Assembly (NCBI GenBank): GCA_045046875.1
Contig: JASFYY010000089.1
Location: 1-64,000, forward strand
DNA: 64,000 nt
Origin: Verrucomicrobiota bacterium
GTDB lineage: Bacteria; Verrucomicrobiota; Verrucomicrobiia; Verrucomicrobiales; DEV007
Reading direction: 5' to 3'
Within the stretch, counting starts at the first letter, position 1, and every line of letters begins with the position of its first letter. Shown here one piece after another: positions 40,317-47,766 of the stretch. Made by a program: the position numbers and the translations under genes. A model generated the notes under the pieces. The model made no database searches. It was given only the letters and a program-made list of their open reading frames with translations, and was not told where the DNA came from.

Positions 40317-40850
40317 TTATTCGTACCCGTAAAACATGACCGAGGGGATGTCGGTGCGGGCACTGGAATTTTTGGGCACTTCGATGCTCATGAGCACCAA
40401 ATAGAGGCCGGTGGATTTGGGGGTGAATTGCAGTTCGATCACATTGCTGCTCTTTTTGGACGAGGTGGAGGCGACTTCATTGGAGGCTTTGTCATAGATG
40501 TGTAGATGCAGCAGCGCTTGCTCGGGAAGGTTGGCTTTGTTGATCGCAAAAAAGAAACGGTAGCGATTGCCTTTGAAAAACTGGAGTTGCAGGGCTTTGC
40601 CGAGTTCGGTGGAGAGACCCCCTTTCCAATAATCCTGGCGCAGCAGGAAGGCGTCGTTGCTCAAGTAATCTGAAGCGGCATTAAGCGCAGCGTGTTCTGG
40701 AGAGTTTGCGGGGAAGGGGTTGTCTGCTTTGTCTGCAGTTTGGGCGGTGAGCGGAAAGCCAAATGCCATGCAGCCAATCACGACAAACAAGCGGCAGAGT
40801 TCTGCAATGGGAGAAAACGGAGTTTTCTTGGAAGAAGAAATGTTGAACAC
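40317..40850 (-). CDS. Hypothetical secreted protein
   Basis: Signal-like hydrophobic stretch ending LTA; beta-rich C-terminal half (GNRYRF, TGLYLV); start uncertain. Confidence 0.65.
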   Translation of the reverse strand: MFNISSSKKTPFSPIAELCRLFVVIGCMAFGFPLTAQTADKADNPFPANSPEHAALNAASDYLSNDAFLLRQDYWKGGLSTELGKALQLQFFKGNRYRFFFAINKANLPEQALLHLHIYDKASNEVASTSSKKSSNVIELQFTPKSTGLYLVLMSIEVPKNSSARTDIPSVMFYGYE

Positions 40851-40907
40851 AATTTTAATGTGAAGCCTTTTAGGGCTAAGGACAAGTGCCCTTTGAAATT
40901 ATTGTAG

Positions 40908-41132
40908 GCCAACTTCTATTTGATCGTCTTAGAAGTGGCGGAGCGGACGGGATTGACTTCGTCTCTGCAAAAGAGGCGTTCCGCCTTCGCCAGGGCTTCG
41001 GCGAGACAAGCCGCCAGATAATGAGCGCTATCGCGCCAAGGCAGTCGAACCCTTGCGGGTTCTCGTCCCCGTCTGGATAGTCGTAAACGGGTGGTGCATG
41101 GGGTGCCAACTTCTATTTAATCGTCTTAGAAG

Positions 41133-41149
<17 letters not shown>
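40908..41149 (-). repeat. tRNA-linked direct repeat: 45-bp duplication of the tRNA-Asp 3' end plus trailer (40908-40952 and 41105-41149)
   Basis: gccaacttctattt(g/a)atcgtcttagaagtggcggagcggacggga occurs twice, 197 bp apart, with one mismatch. Confidence 0.9.
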
Positions 41150-41209
<60 letters not shown>

Positions 41210-41405
41210 AAAATCTACGGCTGAATATGAGTTCATCCGAGGGATTGGAAAGTGCGTGACTTTATGCTGAGATACAAAAGGTGCAACCAAATGTTTCAAA
41301 TTTCTTATATCGCCAGCTTTGTTCTTGCGTCCGGTAGCTTTGTGAGTAGGGTAGCGCCCTTCCACGCAGTTGGGAGGATTAGTTTTTATATAAAAGGAAG
41401 ATACC

Positions 41406-41768
41406 ATGAGCACGGTCATTGATAAGATTGAAAAGGAACAGATGAAGCAGGATCTTCCTGAATTCGGAGCAGGGGACACCATGAAAGTGCATTTGCGCGT
41501 GGTAGAAGGCGGAAAAGAACGTATCCAGATCTTCCAGGGTATCGTTTTGGGGCGTCGTGGATCCGGCTTGAATCAGGCTTTCACCATCCGCAAAATTTCC
41601 AACGGAGAAGGAGTGGAACGTGTGTTCCAGATTCATTCGCCCAAACTGGCAAAAATCGAAGTGATCAAACGCGGCAAAGTGCGTCGCGCTCGATTGAACT
41701 ATTTGCGTGACCGCGTAGGCAAGCAAGCGATGCAGGTGAAAGCCCGCCCGCAGCAACGCAAAAGCTAA
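41406..41768 (+). CDS. rplS: 50S ribosomal protein L19
   Basis: [36 protein letters not shown] and [13 protein letters not shown]. Confidence 0.98.
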   Translation: MSTVIDKIEKEQMKQDLPEFGAGDTMKVHLRVVEGGKERIQIFQGIVLGRRGSGLNQAFTIRKISNGEGVERVFQIHSPKLAKIEVIKRGKVRRARLNYLRDRVGKQAMQVKARPQQRKS

Positions 41769-41797
41769 AGCAGGCAGTTGTTTTAAATAATGAATGA

Positions 41798-41825
41798 AGG
41801 CGGCCTCGGTCGCCTGATTTTTTTT
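41798..41825 (+). terminator. Probable intrinsic terminator after rplS
   Basis: AGGCGGC-ctcg-GTCGCCT hairpin followed by GA and an 8-T run. Confidence 0.6.
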
Positions 41826-41839
41826 ATAGGAAAGGGGAG

Positions 41840-42457
41840 ATGCCGGATTTTTCATTGGAAAAAGAAATGCAAACCAGTGGGCATCGTTTGGTGGCTGGTA
41901 TTGATGAAGCGGGGCGTGGCCCTTTGGCGGGGCCGGTTACTGCAGGGGCGGTGATTTTACCGGAGGGATTTTGTCATGAATGGGTGAATGACTCCAAGAA
42001 GCTCAGCGAAAGTCGGAGAGAAAAGGTGTATGAGGATCTGATCGCTGACAAGGGGGTGATATGGGGATGGGGCTTGGCTGAGGCGGGAGAGATTGACCAG
42101 ATCAATATCCTGCAGGCAACTTATCTGGCGATGGCGCGTGCGCTTGAAGCTCTGTCGGTGAGACCTGATGCGGCTTTGGTCGATGGTCGCCCGGTGCAGG
42201 GCTTGCCGGTGCCGCATCGAGGAGTGATCAAGGGGGATTCCCTGAGCATGTCGATCGCGGCAGCGAGTATTATTGCGAAGGTGGAAAGAGATCGCCTTAT
42301 GAGAGCCTATGCGATACAATTTCCGCATTATGGGTTTGAACAACACAAGGGTTATGGCACCAAAAAACATTTGCAGGGACTGAATCAGTATGGGCCTTGT
42401 GCGATTCATCGAAAGAGCTTTGCTCCCGTCGCTGCGGCGACCGGTGGTGTTCGGTGA
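41840..42457 (+). CDS. rnhB: Ribonuclease HII
   Basis: GIDEAGRGPLAGPV, DSKKLS, NILQAT, KGDS, IAAASIIAKVERD, HKGYGT and HRKSF. Confidence 0.97.
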   Translation: MPDFSLEKEMQTSGHRLVAGIDEAGRGPLAGPVTAGAVILPEGFCHEWVNDSKKLSESRREKVYEDLIADKGVIWGWGLAEAGEIDQINILQATYLAMARALEALSVRPDAALVDGRPVQGLPVPHRGVIKGDSLSMSIAAASIIAKVERDRLMRAYAIQFPHYGFEQHKGYGTKKHLQGLNQYGPCAIHRKSFAPVAAATGGVR

Positions 42458-42881
42458 TTTGTTACCGGGTACGGGGGGAGGAACCACGGAGCAGGGGAGG
42501 TGGAAGCAGGCAGTGGGAAAATTTGGAGAACGGCAGGCGGCGGCTTTTTTGAAAAGAGAGCAAGGGATGAAAATCCTTTACCGGAATTTCCGCGCTCCCA
42601 AAGGTGGGGAGATAGATTTGATTTGCCGTGATGGCGATACCCTGGTTTTTATCGAGGTCAAAACACGGACCACTCTCGCTTACGGGCGACCGGCGGAAGC
42701 GGTGAATAAAAAGAAACAATTGTTAATCGTTCGCGGAGCCTTGGAGTGGCTGCGGTTATTGGACCACCCGGAGATTTTGTTTCGTTTTGATATAGTGGAG
42801 ATTTTGCTAACAGACGGTGAAGTTCCGGAGATCAACCTGATCAAAAACGCTTTTAATTTGCCGGAGCATTTGATTTATTGA
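42390..42881 (+). CDS. yraN: YraN family (UPF0102) protein
   Basis: GKFGERQA, RNFR, GEIDLI, LVFIEVKTR and RFDIV. The true start is probably a GTG or TTG near 42444-42459, next to the rnhB stop. Confidence 0.92.
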   Translation: MGLVRFIERALLPSLRRPVVFGDLLPGTGGGTTEQGRWKQAVGKFGERQAAAFLKREQGMKILYRNFRAPKGGEIDLICRDGDTLVFIEVKTRTTLAYGRPAEAVNKKKQLLIVRGALEWLRLLDHPEILFRFDIVEILLTDGEVPEINLIKNAFNLPEHLIY

Positions 42882-43200
42882 ATCGGCAAGAGGTAAGCGT
42901 CTGGGCTGGAATCCTACTGGACGGGGAATCGCTAGTGACTTTTGATGAAGGAATCACTGAAATGGCAGGATATTTCAAAGGTGCTCCAGCGGGTGAGTAA
43001 ACAAAAAAGTCAAAAGGTGCCCCTATGGCCTGCGTGGAGTTTGTGGAACAAAAGTGCTAAAAAGTGCAAATAAGGAAAGTTTAGTATTGCCAAAAGCAGT
43101 GAAATTGGATTAAAAGGAGTGCTCGCACGGAGAAGATGGTGAACTTGTCATTTAACTCCAGCGTGGAATTGATCATAGTGCTTTTAAACGGAACGAGAAT

Positions 43201-43800
43201 ATGAAAAGTGGAATACAATTTGCAGTGGCTCTGATGGGTGTTTTTTTGATGGTATCTACAGCAGTAGCGCAGAAAGGTCAGCCAGCTGTGAAGGTGAAAA
43301 AGATAGAGGTAGAGCTCCAGCCCACACCTGTTTTTGAAGCGGGCGGCGGGGTGAAGACCAAAAAAATCCCGCGACAGAAGACCTGGCTGGAAGTGGAAGT
43401 GGAGTTTGAGGTGAAAGCTGGGAACAAAGAGGGGGTCGTAGATAATCTGCAGTTTCGTTATTACGTTGCGATAAAAGGAGCGGAGGGCACTCGCCTGCTG
43501 ATGGGGGATGTCACTCATGTGAATATGATGGAAGGAGACAAGCTGTTTTCTGTTATTTATGTGTCGCCAACGACATTGGGAAAGCTTACGGGGAAATACA
43601 AAGACTTCCAAAAAAGCGCTATCAATGCGGTGGCGGTAGAGATTTCCTATAATGGTCGGGTAATAGGGGGGGATTCAACTGGCGGCAAAGGGCGCTGGTG
43701 GGAGAGCTTGTCAGCCGAGCAGGGCATTCTGAGCAAAGAAAAAACGCCTTTTGGCCTTCTTTGGATTGATCGTTATGCGGATGTGAAGGAGGGACGTTAA
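43201..43800 (+). CDS. Amuc_1102-like secreted pilus-associated protein
   Basis: Signal peptide; WLEVEVEF, L.FRYYV, YVSP and TPFGLLWIDRY; first gene of the pilM-to-secretin cluster, as in Akkermansia (family recalled, not searched). Confidence 0.7.
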   Translation: MKSGIQFAVALMGVFLMVSTAVAQKGQPAVKVKKIEVELQPTPVFEAGGGVKTKKIPRQKTWLEVEVEFEVKAGNKEGVVDNLQFRYYVAIKGAEGTRLLMGDVTHVNMMEGDKLFSVIYVSPTTLGKLTGKYKDFQKSAINAVAVEISYNGRVIGGDSTGGKGRWWESLSAEQGILSKEKTPFGLLWIDRYADVKEGR

Positions 43801-43861
43801 TACGGGCTGACGGATCTAAAGGTTAATTTTATCATTTTCGCACTTTTATATATTACACTTG

Positions 43862-45601
43862 ATGGCTGATAAAAAGTCACTGATAGCCGTTACCGTTGGT
43901 TCGCAAAATGTATCCGCCGCTGTCTTTGCAGAGACAGGGCGCGGGGGCTTGCAACTCCAGCGTCATCACGTTGAAGAAACTCCGGGGGAAGAAGTTCCTC
44001 CAGCAGCTGTGCAGGCGGCGCTGACGAGTGTTGCTTCTCATTTGAAAATCAAAGGTAAGGCGGTTCGTTATTCGATCACCAGTCAGCCGGTTTTTATTCG
44101 TTTTGTGAAGCTGCCACCGTTGGATGTGGATCAAGTGGATCAGATTGTTGGATTCGAAGCCCAGCAGAATGTACCTTTTCCGATTGATGAAGTGACCTGG
44201 GGATACCAGCTCATGGGGAAGGATAGTGGGTCTGAGGTCGATGTGGTCTTGGCGGCGGTGAAATCGACGGAGCTGGATATTATTGACAATTCTGTTTCTG
44301 CTGCCGGTTTGAGAACTACGGGGGTGGAAGTATCCGCGATGGCGATCTACAACGCTTATCGTTTTAATTACTCGGATATTACAGGCACAACTTTATTGAT
44401 TGATATCGGGACCAAAACCACCAACCTGATTTATTGCGGGCCTAAGGGGGTATTTGTTCGTACGATCAAAATTGGCGGTGGAGACATCACCAAGGCGATC
44501 GCCAAAGAGTTTAATGTGTCCTTTGATGAAGCGGAGCAACGCAAGGTCACTGATGGTTTTGTGGCTTTGGGCGGGGCTTATGCCGATCATGAAGACCCGG
44601 TGATCGCCGGAGTTTCCAAAGTGATCCGCAATACGCTGACCCGATTGCATTCCGAGATCATGCGGACGACGAATTTTTATCGCAGTCAGCAAGGGGGGGA
44701 CGCCCCTGAGGTGGGTTTACTGTGTGGTGCGAGTGCGGCTTTGCCGTTTTTACGCGAATTTTTTGCAGAAAAGCTACGCATTCCGATCGATTATTTTAAC
44801 GCTTTCCGCAATGTGACCCTGGGCAGTGGTGTGGATCGCGAGGCTTTGGTCAGTCAGGCTCACGTTTCCGGAGAATTGGTTGGCATCGCCTTGCGCGAAG
44901 CGGGCGAGTGTCCATTGGAAGTCGAGTTGGTGCCGGAATCGGTGGTGGCTGAGCAGGAATTAAACAAGCGTAAACCTTATTTGTTCATGGCCACTGCGGC
45001 TATCGTATTGGTGGTGGGTGCTTTGGGCTTTTATTTTAATCAAGCAGCAGGTATCGCTAATGCGCAGTCTGAAGCTCTGCGAACTGATGTTGAAGAGTTG
45101 ACTGGCTACGATGGGGAAATACAGGTTTGGAAGGACAAGTTATCCGAATTGGAGGCGACCAAACGTCCTTACACGGATGCGGTTTATGCTCGAACCTACT
45201 GGGCGAGTTTGTTTAATGACTTGAGCCATCGAATGAATAGCGATCTGATGTGGATCACTATGGTCGAGCCGATGGCCGAAGGGCAACCGGTGATCGAGGA
45301 TTTGTATGAACTTTCCGAGCTTGGAGTTGATCCTTCGGCCGCAGATGGGGGGCAGGAAGGGAAAAAAATGATCGATACTCTTCATATCCGGGGTTTATAC
45401 CGGGAGAATGAAGGTGGCCCCAAAGTGGTTTATGATTATTTGGATGGGCTGATGAAATCAGAGCTTTTTGCTTTGGAGGGATTGACTGTAAAGGATATCG
45501 TTAGAGAAGTGGAGTCGGGAGCTGGAGGCAGTAAATATGCCTGGAAATGGGAGATGATATTACCATTGCCCGAGGCTTACCAAATCTCTTTTAAAAAATA
45601 A
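43862..45601 (+). CDS. pilM: PilM-like actin-fold protein fused to a TM/PilN-like C-terminal part (Amuc_1101-like)
   Basis: VFIRFVKLP, FEAQQNVPFPIDEV, IDIGTKTTNL, GGGDITKAI and LCGASAAL, followed by a TM helix and a periplasmic PilN-like region. Confidence 0.88.
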   Translation: MADKKSLIAVTVGSQNVSAAVFAETGRGGLQLQRHHVEETPGEEVPPAAVQAALTSVASHLKIKGKAVRYSITSQPVFIRFVKLPPLDVDQVDQIVGFEAQQNVPFPIDEVTWGYQLMGKDSGSEVDVVLAAVKSTELDIIDNSVSAAGLRTTGVEVSAMAIYNAYRFNYSDITGTTLLIDIGTKTTNLIYCGPKGVFVRTIKIGGGDITKAIAKEFNVSFDEAEQRKVTDGFVALGGAYADHEDPVIAGVSKVIRNTLTRLHSEIMRTTNFYRSQQGGDAPEVGLLCGASAALPFLREFFAEKLRIPIDYFNAFRNVTLGSGVDREALVSQAHVSGELVGIALREAGECPLEVELVPESVVAEQELNKRKPYLFMATAAIVLVVGALGFYFNQAAGIANAQSEALRTDVEELTGYDGEIQVWKDKLSELEATKRPYTDAVYARTYWASLFNDLSHRMNSDLMWITMVEPMAEGQPVIEDLYELSELGVDPSAADGGQEGKKMIDTLHIRGLYRENEGGPKVVYDYLDGLMKSELFALEGLTVKDIVREVESGAGGSKYAWKWEMILPLPEAYQISFKK

Positions 45602-45625
45602 TTTTGTGCAAGTTTACTTGATTTG

Positions 45626-46651
45626 ATGAAGGGGAATCAATTTTATACCGTGTTTGGAATCGTGACAGCTGTCCTGTTGGGCGCTGTTGGATTCTATTGT
45701 TATCAAGGTTACAGTGCTTACAAAGAAGCGGGAGGCGGTTTCAATAAACGTCGCACGGATCTTACGCGTCTGAAACGCAGCAAGCCTTATCCAAATGAAG
45801 AAAATCTGGGAGAAATTGGGAAGCAAGTAAAGGATTACGAGGAGAAGATCCAACACTTGTTCAAGAGCTTGGATCGATTCCAGCAACCGTTGAACAGCAA
45901 TATTGACGACCGGCAGTTCCCGCAGATATTGAAGGCTAAAATCGAAGCTTTTAAGATCCTTGCGAAGAAAAAGGGGTTTAAAATTGAAGGGGAAAAAGAA
46001 TTCTATATGGCTATGGATGCCTATCGGACTACTCCTCCGGATATCAAGGCGGTGCCATTGCTCGATTATCAACTGGGAGCGATTGAATATCTTTTGAATA
46101 CGCTTGTTGAAGTCGGGGTGAGTGAATTGATCGATCTGGATCGTGAATTGTTGCCTGAAGAGCGGACCGCAGGAGGTAAATCGGGGGAAGATGTCTCTAT
46201 TGAGAGTTCTGCCGTGGCCGCCAAATACCCAGTGAGCTTGACCTTTGAAACCAAGCACCCGGCGTTTGTCAAGTTGGTGAACCAGATCACCAATGATGAT
46301 AAGTATTTTTTCATCCTGCGGGCTTTGCGAGTGGACAACAGCGCTAAGGAAGGTTTGGTCAAGGGGGACGGGGAGGACGGCGCTAATACTCCTAGTTATG
46401 TGAATGCTGTCGGGGAGGAGGCTCCGGAAGACCTGGTCAATAAAATCCCGCCGGATTTGGATGTTCCTGGGCAGGTTGATTGGATGAGAGAGCATGGGGG
46501 GTTTGAATTGCAGAGCAGTGATGCACGGATTCTATTGGGGAATGAGAAGTTGAGAGTATTCATGGTGATTGATTTGGTGAGGTTTGCCGATGCTTCGGCA
46601 AAAGTCTCTGGAAAGGGAAATTTGGGAAAAGGGCAAATGCCGCAGAAGTGA
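45626..46651 (+). CDS. Amuc_1100-like pilus-associated (PilO-like) protein
   Basis: N-terminal TM helix, coiled coil with PYPNEEN, KYPVSLTF, YFFILRALRVDN and LGNEKLRVFMVIDLVRF; position after pilM. Confidence 0.72.
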   Translation: MKGNQFYTVFGIVTAVLLGAVGFYCYQGYSAYKEAGGGFNKRRTDLTRLKRSKPYPNEENLGEIGKQVKDYEEKIQHLFKSLDRFQQPLNSNIDDRQFPQILKAKIEAFKILAKKKGFKIEGEKEFYMAMDAYRTTPPDIKAVPLLDYQLGAIEYLLNTLVEVGVSELIDLDRELLPEERTAGGKSGEDVSIESSAVAAKYPVSLTFETKHPAFVKLVNQITNDDKYFFILRALRVDNSAKEGLVKGDGEDGANTPSYVNAVGEEAPEDLVNKIPPDLDVPGQVDWMREHGGFELQSSDARILLGNEKLRVFMVIDLVRFADASAKVSGKGNLGKGQMPQK

Positions 46652-46714
46652 TCGCCGAGCTTGACGTGACCGGATGAAAAGCGGTCGATAAGATTTAAAG
46701 GGTAATAAAGTAAG

Positions 46715-47689
46715 ATGGATATTTCCAAAGAATGGGAAAAAGTGGTTTTGATTGCAGTGGCATTGGTCACCGTGTTTTTTGCGCAATCTTATATTAGGCA
46801 GAGCTCCGCATACGGTAGCAAGTTTAAAATCACCTCGGTAGTGCCAAGCAATGAGATGCCTGAAATGGAGAAAGCCACCGTGGTCGCCTCCAGTCAATTG
46901 GTAGAGCAAAAACTACTGTGGACTTTGCCAAAAATCGGCAACCCTCCTCGCCCAATTCCGCTTTTCAAATCAATCACCATTGTTGAAATCGGGGGCAAGT
47001 TGATTGATATGACGGATTCTAGTGCTGAAAAAATCAGACCTCCTGTTAGCAACCAGTGGTTGCTTGAAAATGAGCTTAATTTTTTGAGCTCCAATGTTCT
47101 GAATCAGGACCCGGACGGAGATGGTTTTTCTTCATTGGAAGAGTGGGAGGCCAAAACCTTGCCGCGTGATGCTTCTTCTCATCCGTCTTTTGCCAATAAA
47201 CTGACTCTCATTGCGCGACGTCAGAAAAACTATATCCTGGAGTTTGCGGCTCAACCGGATGAGGAGCGTTACCAGATCATCCGTCATCTCAGTAGTGGAG
47301 TGAAGCGGGGAACTTTTATCATGCGTAAGGGAGAAACTTCTCCTGATAATAAGTTTCGTATTGATAAGTTTGATAAAAAACAAGAGGTTAATAAATTGGG
47401 GATTAACGTGAATGCGTCGGAATTGACGATCACTTATCTGCCTGATGGACGTCAGGTTAAGCTGGTGAGACGGGTTAAAGAAACTATCCCGACTTACTTT
47501 GCGCAGTTCAAATTGATGCTGGATCCTCCTACTGACGAGTTTTATGTGCAGAAGGGGAAAACCTTCCGTTTACCAATTGATCCTGAAACAGAGTATAAAC
47601 TCATTGACATTGATGCCGAAAAAGCGGTAATCTCCTTCGAATCTGAGCCGGGCAAAGAAGTTAAGAAAGAAATTAAGCTTAGAAAGTAG
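46715..47689 (+). CDS. Amuc_1099-like pilus-system protein
   Basis: N-terminal TM helix; NQWLLENEL and the Ca-binding-like DPDGDGFSSLEEW..KTLP motif; lies between the Amuc_1100-like gene and the secretin. Confidence 0.7.
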   Translation: MDISKEWEKVVLIAVALVTVFFAQSYIRQSSAYGSKFKITSVVPSNEMPEMEKATVVASSQLVEQKLLWTLPKIGNPPRPIPLFKSITIVEIGGKLIDMTDSSAEKIRPPVSNQWLLENELNFLSSNVLNQDPDGDGFSSLEEWEAKTLPRDASSHPSFANKLTLIARRQKNYILEFAAQPDEERYQIIRHLSSGVKRGTFIMRKGETSPDNKFRIDKFDKKQEVNKLGINVNASELTITYLPDGRQVKLVRRVKETIPTYFAQFKLMLDPPTDEFYVQKGKTFRLPIDPETEYKLIDIDAEKAVISFESEPGKEVKKEIKLRK

Positions 47690-47766
47690 ACTTTTAGTGA
47701 CAATTTTGATATAAACAATGACTTTGCTACCAATTGTGGTAGTGGAGTTGTGATTTTTTTATAAAC

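Noticed and set aside
42961..42980. Sigma54 -24/-12 promoter upstream of the pilus operon (TGGCAGGATATTTCA)
   Set aside because: It has the -24 GG but lacks the conserved GC at -12.
45614..46495. 293-aa antisense ORF
   Set aside because: Shadow of the Amuc_1100-like gene; no motifs.
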